From a virus (taxonomy: Duplodnaviria > Heunggongvirae > Uroviricota > Caudoviricetes): a DNA stretch of 64,000 bases. Where the stretch lies: positions 186,635-250,634 of the IMG/VR virus record IMGVR_UViG_3300031133_000383; one strand, given 5' to 3'. Under the pieces are notes generated by a model. It saw nothing but the letters and a program-made list of their open reading frames with translations. It made no database searches and was not told where the DNA came from. Positions 27,489-36,047 of this stretch are shown piece by piece; positions within the stretch are counted from its first letter, which is position 1; every line of letters begins with the position of its first letter. The position numbers and the translations under genes were made by a program.

Positions 27489-28100
27489 ATGTTGATGAAA
27501 AAATTTGATAGAACATTAGCGAGTCGATATCCTGTAGAGGAAACAATCAATCTGAAAAATACACGCTCATGCCGTGGATCTTCTATTCGTTTCAAGTGGA
27601 ATAATATCTATATTGTTAAAAATAGTGGCTATACCGGATGGAATTTAACATTGGATGACATTATTGGTCAATATACTAAAAAAACATTCAATGATTACAT
27701 TTTTGATTTTATTGAGCAGTATAATAAATTTTCAAATTTTTTGAATCTTCCATATCAGTCTATTATCAATAAAATTATTAAGATAGAAGTTGTTTACAGT
27801 GGCAAGAGATTTACTGATTTTAAACGTCCATCCATGATTAAAGTGGAATGGGGCTATAGTTTTTTTCATATTATTCATTTTGATAATGATTATTCTTTTT
27901 ATGAACAATATCGAGGCGAAGATAGAAATAGAAAGGGTGAAGTCTATATTCATCACCCCATTGAAAGCACTTCACAAGCTTTTGTATTAATGTTGAAAAA
28001 CAGCCACGAATTAATTCCTGCCCAATATTGTGTTGATGCTGACAAATCTGAAATAGACTATGCTTCATTAGCAACTTTAGTTGAGATGATGAGTTATTAA
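27489..28100 (+). CDS. Hypothetical protein, C-terminal-tail paralog family
   Basis: 203 aa. C-terminus is ...IDYASLATLVEMMSY. Followed by a long inverted repeat at 28107-28158. Confidence 0.65.
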   Translation: MLMKKFDRTLASRYPVEETINLKNTRSCRGSSIRFKWNNIYIVKNSGYTGWNLTLDDIIGQYTKKTFNDYIFDFIEQYNKFSNFLNLPYQSIINKIIKIEVVYSGKRFTDFKRPSMIKVEWGYSFFHIIHFDNDYSFYEQYRGEDRNRKGEVYIHHPIESTSQAFVLMLKNSHELIPAQYCVDADKSEIDYASLATLVEMMSY

Positions 28101-28188
28101 TAGAACAATAGACTTTCAACATTTTTTGATGCGAAAAATCAAAATCAAAAAGTCTATTAAAATAATTTATATAAAATTTAAAAAAAAC

Positions 28189-28217
28189 TTGATTGTTTGA
28201 AAAATATCTGATACTAT
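28189..28217 (+). promoter_or_regulatory. Putative promoter of the tRNA cluster
   Basis: TTGATT (28189-28194), 17-nt spacer, TACTAT (28212-28217), about 30 nt upstream of the first tRNA. Confidence 0.5.
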
Positions 28218-28247
28218 AGCTTTATGAAATAAATGATGTCAAAATAT

Positions 28248-28326
28248 CGGAGTGTAGGTTAGCCCGGCTTATACCGCCTGCTTTGGGAGCAGGATGTCGC
28301 AGGTTCGAATCCTGCCACTCCGACCA
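28248..28326 (+). tRNA. tRNA-Pro (anticodon UGG), CCA encoded
   Basis: Acceptor CGGAGTG/CACTCCG. Anticodon arm CCTGC-TTTGGGA-GCAGG. T-arm GCAGG-TTCGAAT-CCTGC. Ends in ACCA. The D-arm is atypical (3 bp, long loop). Confidence 0.8.
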
Positions 28327-28339
28327 ATTTAATAATAAT

Positions 28340-28417
28340 TGACAGGTAGCTCAGTGGGGAGAGCGGCTCCAAATTTTCGGGAGACGGTCGGGGGTTCAAA
28401 TCCTTCCTTGTCAACCA
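28340..28417 (+). tRNA. tRNA with atypical 9-nt anticodon loop (AAAUUUUCG); isotype undetermined (Lys-UUU or Glu-UUC reading possible)
   Basis: Acceptor TGACAGG/CTTGTCA. D-arm GCTC-AGTGGGGA-GAGC. T-arm GGGGG-TTCAAAT-CCTTC. ACCA encoded. The anticodon stem pairs only as CTCC/GGAG, which leaves 9 loop nucleotides. Confidence 0.6.
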
Positions 28418-28426
28418 TCTTTATAT

Positions 28427-28514
28427 GGAAAAGTGGCAGAGCGGTTGAATGCAACGGTCTTGAAAACCGTCGGGTGTAAAAGCCTCGTGAGTTCGAATCT
28501 CACCTTTTCCGCCA
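28427..28514 (+). tRNA. tRNA-Ser (anticodon UGA), long variable arm, CCA encoded
   Basis: Acceptor GGAAAAG/CTTTTCC. Anticodon arm ACGGT-CTTGAAA-ACCGT. Variable arm present. T-arm GTGAG-TTCGAAT-CTCAC. Ends in GCCA. Confidence 0.88.
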
Positions 28515-28516
28515 GC

Positions 28517-28630
28517 TTCGAAACAACATGGTGAATGGTAGTAGCCAATTAGGTGCAGCGGGGATCGTGCCCCCAAACTAGCTTGGTTCGAATCCAGCAG
28601 TGCATGGTGCAAAACCCAATATGTTTCGAA
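28517..28630 (+). other. tRNA-like element: canonical T-arm but no cloverleaf, enclosed by a 9-bp inverted repeat
   Basis: GCT(T)GG-TTCGAAT-CCAGC T-arm at 28581-28598. GGGG-ATCGTG-CCCC hairpin at 28560-28573. GTGCA/TGCAT pairing. Outer stem TTCGAAACA (28517-28525) / TGTTTCGAA (28622-28630). No acceptor stem or anticodon could be assigned. Confidence 0.35.
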
Positions 28631-28649
28631 CTTGGACAAGGTTCTTCAA

Positions 28650-29369
28650 ATGCTAAAAAATCTTATTATTCTCACTGCATCTTTCTTTATTATTCCTTTC
28701 TCCTTTTCCGCCGAAGCTATTTCTGATACTGCAAATGCCGATTTTCGGTTTTCTCAGATTATCAATCATGTTGGTAAACAATCAAAGCTTTCTTTTATTT
28801 TTTCAAAAAATGGTGAAAATGCCGCACGATTATCGAATACAAACTTCTATAAGCAAATAAAGCAAAAAGACTACAACAATTATGAAAATATAGTCATCAA
28901 AGATTTGATTGAGGATAAAGACAATTATTACATTTCATTGGATACCAATGTTGATTGGGCTAACTATTATCTGTATGTGCCGCAACCTTTAAAAAATGTT
29001 AAATTTAGTTATGGAATGGGGTATGTTTATAGTATTTCCATGATTTATAATGTACCCGGAAAATATGTCATTAGTCGTCATGAAAAAGAATTGGTGATTG
29101 ATCAGATTGTACAACAACTTCAAAAATTAAATTTTATTACATCGAATGATGATGATAATTTTGATGCACTGGGCATTTCCAAAAACTCAACTATTATGAA
29201 GAAAGATAATATATTAGTCGTATTAGATGGCTTGAATGATTTTAATAATGACATAATTATCAAAGTTATGGAAAATAATGTAAAACAAAAAATTGAAAAA
29301 CTAAAATATGAATTTTATAAAAAGAAGTCGATGGCAAACACTAAATATATTGAAAATTTCTTTAAATAA
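28650..29369 (+). CDS. Secreted hypothetical protein (Sec signal peptide)
   Basis: ATG 28650. N-terminus MLKNLIILTASFFIIPFSFSAEA|IS has an AxA-like cleavage site. Confidence 0.65.
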   Translation: MLKNLIILTASFFIIPFSFSAEAISDTANADFRFSQIINHVGKQSKLSFIFSKNGENAARLSNTNFYKQIKQKDYNNYENIVIKDLIEDKDNYYISLDTNVDWANYYLYVPQPLKNVKFSYGMGYVYSISMIYNVPGKYVISRHEKELVIDQIVQQLQKLNFITSNDDDNFDALGISKNSTIMKKDNILVVLDGLNDFNNDIIIKVMENNVKQKIEKLKYEFYKKKSMANTKYIENFFK

Positions 29370-29394
29370 AAAAACCGTCTCTAGACGGTTTTTC
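29368..29394. terminator. Bidirectional intrinsic terminator between convergent genes
   Basis: AAAAAACCGTC-TCTA-GACGGTTTTTC, with an A-run and a T-run on either side. Confidence 0.75.
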
Positions 29395-29395
29395 T

Positions 29396-29839
29396 TTATG
29401 GATAAGATTGATAGATTCTTTGAGTTTGATAAACCCTAACAGCAGGGACTTGATAAACTGGCTGATACACAGGCTGGGCGTATACAGGTTGTGTATAAAC
29501 AGGTTGAGTGTATACGGGTTGTGTGTATACTGGCACTTGTTGATAAACAACAGGTGGTGCTGAATAATAGTATGCATTTCTACGTGCCATTTCAGCATCA
29601 TAGGCGGCTTGTTCTCTACGAGCGTCCTCATATCTCATTCTATCGTTATAGCCTCTATTGTAATAGTTATTGGATTGTGAACAACAGAAATATCCTACGG
29701 CACCAACTGTTAATGCAGCGGCAGCAGTATAGCCTAATACGCGGCCTACATCATGACCATGATGCCTGCCTCCGGCATTTGCCATACTCACTGTTGTAAG
29801 TGTTGTGATAAGTAGCATACTTGTTATTAGTTTTTTCAT
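29396..29839 (-). CDS. Exported or membrane protein with a Q-P-V-Y-T pentapeptide repeat tail
   Basis: Signal peptide MKKLITSMLLITTLTTVSMANA. Hydrophobic segment LGYTAAAALTVGAVGYF. C-terminal VPVYTQPVYTQPVYTQPVYAQPVYQPVYQ is encoded by 15-bp tandem repeats (about 29450-29530). Locally higher GC. Confidence 0.7.
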   Translation of the reverse strand: MKKLITSMLLITTLTTVSMANAGGRHHGHDVGRVLGYTAAAALTVGAVGYFCCSQSNNYYNRGYNDRMRYEDARREQAAYDAEMARRNAYYYSAPPVVYQQVPVYTQPVYTQPVYTQPVYAQPVYQPVYQVPAVRVYQTQRIYQSYP

Positions 29840-30081
29840 ATATTATTCTCATAGGTGTTATCTTTAATCATATAATATCAAAATAATAATGATTTACAAT
29901 AAGGTTTACAAAAGAATTACACTTCTTTTTTTTAAACATAAAAAATATACTTTTATTGATTATACAATCTTTATAATGGCTTAATCAAAGAGACTTTCAG
30001 ATTCATTATTTTCTAGCTTTCAGGTCTTTCTAAAACTGCATTTTTATGATATTATTGCCCAAATACTTAGGAGTTATTTTG

Positions 30082-30372
30082 ATGAAATTGGTACTTGAAC
30101 ATTCAATTGGTGATGGGTATACTTGGAACGTAACTGCTCATGTTCCTTTTGAATACGAATCCAAAGAAAAATTTCTTTATGATTTAATGTCTAAGTGCAT
30201 TGAATGTGTGGATGCACAAGCCTATTCTTTCAAATTTTTGGGTATAGATTTCAAACCTACTGACTTCGGTTATTTTGAATATCCAGAAAAGAGAAAAGGC
30301 TATGATTTTTATCATGCCTTTATTTATACATTGGACGAATGGTTTGAAAAGAATAAAGCACAAGGTGATTAG
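30082..30372 (+). CDS. Small hypothetical protein
   Basis: ATG 30082 lies 9 nt after AGGAG. The track start at 30046 lacks an RBS. Confidence 0.6.
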   Translation: MKLVLEHSIGDGYTWNVTAHVPFEYESKEKFLYDLMSKCIECVDAQAYSFKFLGIDFKPTDFGYFEYPEKRKGYDFYHAFIYTLDEWFEKNKAQGD

Positions 30373-30380
30373 ATTCTTAT

Positions 30381-30845
30381 TTATATTTTAGGTTTATATA
30401 GATTAGATGCTGTTTTCTTGATGACATTTTCTTCTATTGCTAATTCTTTTTCTAGATTCTTCTTTATTTTTCTTGCTGCAAGGTCATGGTCAGCGGCTCT
30501 GATCCCTGTCCACGCAAAAGTACCAGCAGTCGATATCATTCCGAGTCCTGTTAAAGGCAGTGATTCAGCCGACATGCCGCCTACTAGGGCAACTATACCA
30601 CCCAACATGGAAGCAACTGCGAAGCCTGTTTTTAACGCTTCCCTTTGAGTATTATAGAATGTTTCTGGTATCAATCTTTCAAGATCGACTTCTATTTGTG
30701 GTGATGGTTTTTCTTTAAACAATTTTGGTTCATCAAATTCAAGTAAGTTTAATTCTTTCAACACCTCTCTCAGAGGTATTTTATTGACAGCTATTGAAGT
30801 CTTTTTGCCATCATTATCAAGTGTCGTATTGTTTAATAATTCCAT
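30381..30845 (-). CDS. Hypothetical membrane protein (glycine-zipper-like hydrophobic core)
   Basis: 154 aa. Contains GFAVASMLGGIVALVGGMSAESLPLTGLGMISTAGTFAWTGI. Confidence 0.6.
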   Translation of the reverse strand: MELLNNTTLDNDGKKTSIAVNKIPLREVLKELNLLEFDEPKLFKEKPSPQIEVDLERLIPETFYNTQREALKTGFAVASMLGGIVALVGGMSAESLPLTGLGMISTAGTFAWTGIRAADHDLAARKIKKNLEKELAIEENVIKKTASNLYKPKI

Positions 30846-30971
30846 AGGCTTACAGATGTTCTTTCATGTATAATATCATAGAATAAAAAAAAGGGAACAA
30901 TTTATCAAAAATATTTTTACTTTTCATCAATTTAATGATATTATTAGGCCATGAATGACAGAGGATTATTG

Positions 30972-31508
30972 ATGAATATTTCTACTCGAAAACTGTTTGC
31001 TGCTCAAAAAATTACAAATATCAAATTTGCAAATGCTCAATTACTCGATATTCCAAAACATAAAACTTTTTCTGACATCTTGCCTATCTTCCAGAATACT
31101 TACATCAAAGATAATCCATTAGAACATATTGATTCTATCGATGATTTTATTCTGGGTTATAATTTATTATTGAACTTAAAGTTGAAAGAATTGGAACGCC
31201 TTCAACTTAAAATACTAACACATGGCATGTGTAAGGAATTATTCAATAATTTTTCAACGATATGTAATACAAAGGAAGATGATACCGGGATCATTAGAAG
31301 TCTTGAAGATAAATGTTTAAAATATAGTAATCTTAAAGCATGTATAGCAGGATTTAAGGCAGCACAAAATCGTCTTATGGAAGTATGTCAATATATTTTA
31401 AAAGAACAATCAATTCGAGATCTTCAAAATGAATGTATATATACCAATTTTTGGGATTTTACGCATGCTGAAATAGTTCGATTTGCTAGCCTGAATCAAG
31501 TTCATTGA
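30972..31508 (+). CDS. Hypothetical protein
   Basis: ATG 30972 lies 6 nt after AGAGGA. ATG 30951 is an alternative start. Confidence 0.6.
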   Translation: MNISTRKLFAAQKITNIKFANAQLLDIPKHKTFSDILPIFQNTYIKDNPLEHIDSIDDFILGYNLLLNLKLKELERLQLKILTHGMCKELFNNFSTICNTKEDDTGIIRSLEDKCLKYSNLKACIAGFKAAQNRLMEVCQYILKEQSIRDLQNECIYTNFWDFTHAEIVRFASLNQVH

Positions 31509-31573
31509 TATGTTTTGACAATTATTCTTGAATAAGGTATAGTGCAAATTCAATAATTAAAAGGAGATGTACA

Positions 31574-32473
31574 GTGGGTAATTTTATTTTAACGGTTGCT
31601 TTTTTCGTCATAATTGGTTTGTTAGCTTGGTCCTGTATTGTCATCACTCGAAATAAACATGTTTCCATTATTGAAACATTTGGTAAGTATTCCAACACCA
31701 AAGAAGCAGGTCTTTCTTTTAAACTTCCATGGCCTATTCAGCATGTAGTGAAATTGGTTCCATTGAATATTCAACAAATAAGCACTACCCTAGAACTTAA
31801 AACCAATGACGATCTTTTTATTCGTTATCCAATCAATGTGCAGTTCAAAGTAGTCGATGCAGAAAAGGCCACCTATGAGCTTGATTCGCCTGAGCAACAG
31901 ATTCTAAGTTATATCAGTAACCTTGTTCGTTCAGAAGTAGGTAAAAAAACATTTCTGGAATTATATAATGTCCGTGATGAAATTCAAGATGTTATTGAAG
32001 AAGTACTGTCAGAAAAAATGTCCAGTTTTGGTTTCAAGATTGTTGCTGTTCTGGTAGATGAACCTATTCCAACAGAAGAAGTTCAAAATTCTTATAATGC
32101 TGTAACCGCATCGGTTCGTGAAAAGGAAGCGGCTAAAAACCGTGCAGAAGCTACTCGAATCACCATTGTAGCAGAAGCACAAGCACAAAAAGAGTCTAAA
32201 AAGCTTCAAGGTGAAGGTATTGCTGATCAACGTTTGGCTATCAGTCAAGGTTTCAAACAGTCCATTGAAGATGTTTCGACTTCTCTAGGCATTTCAAATG
32301 AACTTGCACTTGGCATGATTCTTCAATTGAATAAGTTTGATACACTGCGTGATGTTGCCAATGGTAAAGGCACACTTGTTGTCGCAGATGGTAGTGCTGG
32401 TTCTTCTTTATCTGAAATGACCAGTTTGATTTCAAGTATTAAAGCAGTTGAACTGCAAGCAAAACATATTTGA
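31574..32473 (+). CDS. SPFH/band-7 (stomatin/prohibitin-like) membrane protein
   Basis: GTG lies 7 nt after AAGGAG. N-terminal TM segment FILTVAFFVIIGLLAWSCIVI, then a SPFH-like core (VSIIETFGKY...GLSFKLPWPIQHV...) and an Ala/Glu-rich coiled coil (REKEAAKNRAEATRITIVAEAQAQKESKKLQGEG). Confidence 0.75.
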   Translation: MGNFILTVAFFVIIGLLAWSCIVITRNKHVSIIETFGKYSNTKEAGLSFKLPWPIQHVVKLVPLNIQQISTTLELKTNDDLFIRYPINVQFKVVDAEKATYELDSPEQQILSYISNLVRSEVGKKTFLELYNVRDEIQDVIEEVLSEKMSSFGFKIVAVLVDEPIPTEEVQNSYNAVTASVREKEAAKNRAEATRITIVAEAQAQKESKKLQGEGIADQRLAISQGFKQSIEDVSTSLGISNELALGMILQLNKFDTLRDVANGKGTLVVADGSAGSSLSEMTSLISSIKAVELQAKHI

Positions 32474-32486
32474 TTAATCTTGTATG

Positions 32487-32515
32487 ACAAAGAGCCTTCG
32501 GGTTCTTTGTTTTTA
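32487..32515 (+). terminator. Intrinsic terminator
   Basis: ACAAAGAGCC-TTCG-GGTTCTTTGT followed by TTTT. Confidence 0.8.
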
Positions 32516-32562
32516 TAAGTCTATATCAAATATAAGAGTAATTTATTAGAAAAGGATATTGT

Positions 32563-33303
32563 ATGCAGGACCTAATTTATAATATGTTAACCGCCATCAA
32601 TAAGAATCAACACTCTGAGAACCCTGTATCGATCCAACCTTTTTTCTTGAACATTCATAATTTAAGCCTTTTTAAAGTCGATCCTAGATGGTCTTTTAAT
32701 GATATATATAATAAAAATCATGACATCTATATAAACCATTTTAAAAGTCATTTTCATTATGCTTTTAATGGTTCTTCTAGTGAGATTCAGAAAGATCTTT
32801 TGAATTATTTATCATTTGATAATTCAATGATTAATCAAGTTGTAGATTATTTTGTCCAGACTTTTAAAAACAGTAATAAATGTCAAGATATAGAACTGGA
32901 TAATGATTTTCACTTTAAGGAATTTCAGATACTTCAAAATCATATTTCCGAAAAAATATATGGCTTTCATGATAATGCTGATTATTATGCTCGCAGAATA
33001 AAATTTGGAACTTACCTGAATAGTCATATTATTTTTCTTCAATATCTTTTTTTTGTCGAAAATGAAAATTTGAAAGTAAAAGCAAAAATTTGCTTTCCTA
33101 TTAGTGAAAACAATTGTTTTTCTGTGTTTATTTGTGAACCAAACGATATTAAATTAGCCTGTGAAATTATATTTGGTCATTTTTTAAATGATATGAGAAA
33201 ATTTTTATATGAAAAATATCCTCTGGAATGTGCTGACATTTTTGATGTTGACGATAATACTATAAAACTTTTTCTTGATCTCGTTAAAATGGATAATATT
33301 TAA
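32563..33303 (+). CDS. Hypothetical protein, C-terminal-tail paralog family
   Basis: AAAAGGA RBS. C-terminus is ...DDNTIKLFLDLVKMDNI. Confidence 0.7.
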   Translation: MQDLIYNMLTAINKNQHSENPVSIQPFFLNIHNLSLFKVDPRWSFNDIYNKNHDIYINHFKSHFHYAFNGSSSEIQKDLLNYLSFDNSMINQVVDYFVQTFKNSNKCQDIELDNDFHFKEFQILQNHISEKIYGFHDNADYYARRIKFGTYLNSHIIFLQYLFFVENENLKVKAKICFPISENNCFSVFICEPNDIKLACEIIFGHFLNDMRKFLYEKYPLECADIFDVDDNTIKLFLDLVKMDNI

Positions 33304-33312
33304 GGTGACCCT

Positions 33313-34008
33313 ATGTTGAATTTAGAAAGCTTTGAGCCTATAGTTAATAGGATAAGACAATCTAAAAACACTCATGGAATAGAATCACTGGTATTTGGTA
33401 ACATTTCTGTTAATTTATCGTATTTAAAATTGGAAGATAATCGTATCAACGTTAGAATTGAAAAATTCAAACTGGATTTTGTTCAGCAATTATATAAACA
33501 GTTTGGTATTGATTTAAAAGATATAAATAAAATTGTTGATCTTTATTATCAAAGATGTATGGAAGCCAATATCATTCATCAGTTAGCCTTTAAACCAATT
33601 TTTGATATTGCTTCATTTTTCACTGCCTACAATGGATTGAAAAGTCACTTTCCATTGAAAGATAGAAATGTTATCAGTTACGAAAGTCATCTTTTCAAAA
33701 AGGAATTGCTTACTAAAAAAATCCCAATGGTGTTGGTGGATTTTTATTTAGATTTTTTTTCAAATAGTCCTGTACCTTACATTTTGATTACTTTACCATT
33801 GGCAAGAGAAGAAAAATTTCAAGTTAGGCTAACTGCTTTTGGTAATATTGATGAAATTGATAGTGTTATCAAACATCATCTAAGGATTCGTATGAAATCC
33901 TTACTTAATGGAGCAACACGCAATTATATAAGTAAGCAAGAATTCAAAATAAGTGATTTTGATTCGATGTGTCGGCATATGCAATTACGTGATATGATTA
34001 ACTATTGA
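33313..34008 (+). CDS. Hypothetical protein, C-terminal-tail paralog family
   Basis: AAGGTGA RBS. C-terminus is ...DFDSMCRHMQLRDMINY. Confidence 0.7.
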   Translation: MLNLESFEPIVNRIRQSKNTHGIESLVFGNISVNLSYLKLEDNRINVRIEKFKLDFVQQLYKQFGIDLKDINKIVDLYYQRCMEANIIHQLAFKPIFDIASFFTAYNGLKSHFPLKDRNVISYESHLFKKELLTKKIPMVLVDFYLDFFSNSPVPYILITLPLAREEKFQVRLTAFGNIDEIDSVIKHHLRIRMKSLLNGATRNYISKQEFKISDFDSMCRHMQLRDMINY

Positions 34009-34032
34009 GATTATTAAGGAGACATAGATTAG

Positions 34033-34785
34033 ATGTATAATGTTATCAAACCAGATTTTTATGAATTTATGTCTTTTATGAATCAACATCTACCTTTGGC
34101 AAAACAAAAAGATACTCATATCTTTGGGTATACTAAATATTTTTTTGAAATTACAGATGGTTTTGAAGTAAAAGTAGATGCTTCCATTTTGAATCTCAAA
34201 TTGGATAATAATTTCGCTAAACTTGTCTACAATTATTTTAATTTTGATTTCAAAGAAGTTGTCTCCATCATAGAATCTTATCATAAACATTTTACTGATT
34301 ATGGTTTGATAGATAACAAAAATCTAAATGAAATCCTCAATAATTGTTTTTTGACAGAGGATGAACGTATATTTTTTAGTGATATTAATCTTTATTCATA
34401 CAATACACGATGTGTAACCTTTAATAATTTAATAGTTGAAGTTCAAGTAACACACGATGCTTGCAAAGAAATGAAAATAAGAACTGTTATTTATTTTCCT
34501 GTTATGGATATTTCCTATATCAGTGTGACTGTTGACAAGACTATTAGCCAACCACCTATTGTTAAAGTAAGCAAAGTATTAAAAAGTCAGTCAATCAAAA
34601 GAACTCGAAATGCTCATTCTATTATTTCTAATTATTCATCTATAGATACTTATATGGAAAATATAGCGTTTTCAAGAGCAAAAAATATTATCAATCTGCG
34701 ATTGGGAATAAATAAACGAATAATAAAAAAAGATCCATTGGTTGTTCAAGATTATTTCAAATTATGTGAAATGATCAATATTTAA
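34033..34785 (+). CDS. Hypothetical protein, C-terminal-tail paralog family
   Basis: AAGGAG RBS. C-terminus is ...DPLVVQDYFKLCEMINI. Confidence 0.7.
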   Translation: MYNVIKPDFYEFMSFMNQHLPLAKQKDTHIFGYTKYFFEITDGFEVKVDASILNLKLDNNFAKLVYNYFNFDFKEVVSIIESYHKHFTDYGLIDNKNLNEILNNCFLTEDERIFFSDINLYSYNTRCVTFNNLIVEVQVTHDACKEMKIRTVIYFPVMDISYISVTVDKTISQPPIVKVSKVLKSQSIKRTRNAHSIISNYSSIDTYMENIAFSRAKNIINLRLGINKRIIKKDPLVVQDYFKLCEMINI

Positions 34786-34843
34786 AATATTTGACTGTAT
34801 GTTTTAAACAAGGTATAATTTTTCAATTTTAGGAGTCTACATA

Positions 34844-35257
34844 ATGACATTTGATAATAGGTTATTCAACGTGAACGGAAAATCAAAAAAGCTTTTGAAG
34901 TCAGCTATCAAGCTTGCTTTCAAATTGGAAAGCCATAACGAAAACGGAGCTACGGCACAAGGCTATGTGGTTGACTCGAAAAAGGGAATTCTATTGCTTT
35001 GGCACGCTGATGGCATAAAGGGTGCCGTCAATTTTGAAAAACCAAAAGGGTATAGGGAATCTTGCGATTTTATTATAGATTGGCTAAAAACTCCAGAAGC
35101 ACACTCTATTGAGCTTAATGATTGGGAAGCGGATATTGATCACGATGGATCGAGTGATTTAGGCTGGCGAGTCTACCTTGAAGATTGGGGTCATGTAGGA
35201 AACAATCACTATGCTATTTGTGCTGTAAAACCTTGCTATATCTGGTATGGTAAATAA
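34844..35257 (+). CDS. Hypothetical protein
   Basis: TAGGAG RBS; promoter AGGTATAAT at about 34811-34819; 137 aa. Confidence 0.65.
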   Translation: MTFDNRLFNVNGKSKKLLKSAIKLAFKLESHNENGATAQGYVVDSKKGILLLWHADGIKGAVNFEKPKGYRESCDFIIDWLKTPEAHSIELNDWEADIDHDGSSDLGWRVYLEDWGHVGNNHYAICAVKPCYIWYGK

Positions 35258-35258
35258 C

Positions 35259-35918
35259 ATGCCTAAAATCTATCCTGTTATACATTACAAAGATGATATT
35301 ACTACACTGGACGAAGCTTTACTGGCCAGCGAGGTAGGTGCTGACGGTATTTTTTTGATTTCACATATTGGTCATAATGAATGTTTAATTCCTTTGGCTG
35401 TTAAAATTAAGCAACTTCATGGTTTCAGAGTAGGCTTAAATTTTTTAGGCGATGATGTACTATCAACAGCTAATATTGTTAAAGAGCATGGTTTGGATAT
35501 GGTATGGGGTGATTACTGTGGTGTTTCTTCGAGTGGTTTGAATGACAAGGGAAGAAAACTTAAAGTATGGGCAGACAATAACCCAAATATTGATGTTTTT
35601 GCATCAGTTGCTTTTAAATATCAAGATATAGAAACAGATCCACCATTAGCTGCAAGGCATGCATTGATGGCAGGTTTTATTCCTACTACAAGTGGTTCTG
35701 GTACTGGTTATGCCCCCTCTATTGAAAAAATAAGTACAATGTCTGCTTGTACAGATGGTATTTTGGCGGTGGCAAGTGGTATGAATTGTGAAAATGTTCA
35801 AAAATTTAGTCCGTATCTTTCATCTATTTTGGTAGCAACCGGCGTCTCAATTGATGAGTATCATTTTGATTATGAAAAACTGTATCGTTTTATTCGATTG
35901 TCTAGGTTAAAACAATAG
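35259..35918 (+). CDS. Hypothetical protein, possibly a TIM-barrel phosphate-binding enzyme
   Basis: ATG 35259 lies 1 nt after the upstream stop. IYPVIHY..., GADGIFLISH and a Gly-rich ...TTSGSGTGYAP... segment are suggestive only. Confidence 0.3.
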   Translation: MPKIYPVIHYKDDITTLDEALLASEVGADGIFLISHIGHNECLIPLAVKIKQLHGFRVGLNFLGDDVLSTANIVKEHGLDMVWGDYCGVSSSGLNDKGRKLKVWADNNPNIDVFASVAFKYQDIETDPPLAARHALMAGFIPTTSGSGTGYAPSIEKISTMSACTDGILAVASGMNCENVQKFSPYLSSILVATGVSIDEYHFDYEKLYRFIRLSRLKQ

Positions 35919-36047
35919 CTGTAACAACGTTTACTTTTCTTTATAATTTTATTATTTAAATAATTATTTCGAAATTAATGGTAAACGTTTTGACATTTTG
36001 TTTGTTGTTGGTATTATAATATTAATATAATAACAATAATGATATAT

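Noticed and set aside
28421-28639. A 72-aa minus-strand ORF.
   Set aside because: It lies entirely antisense to tRNA-Ser and the tRNA-like element. It is GC-rich only because of the tRNA genes, and it has no RBS.
28189-28640. The tRNA cluster as a prophage attachment site or island boundary.
   Set aside because: No integrase, excisionase or duplicated tRNA 3' half is visible. The genes on both sides belong to the same families and share the same composition.
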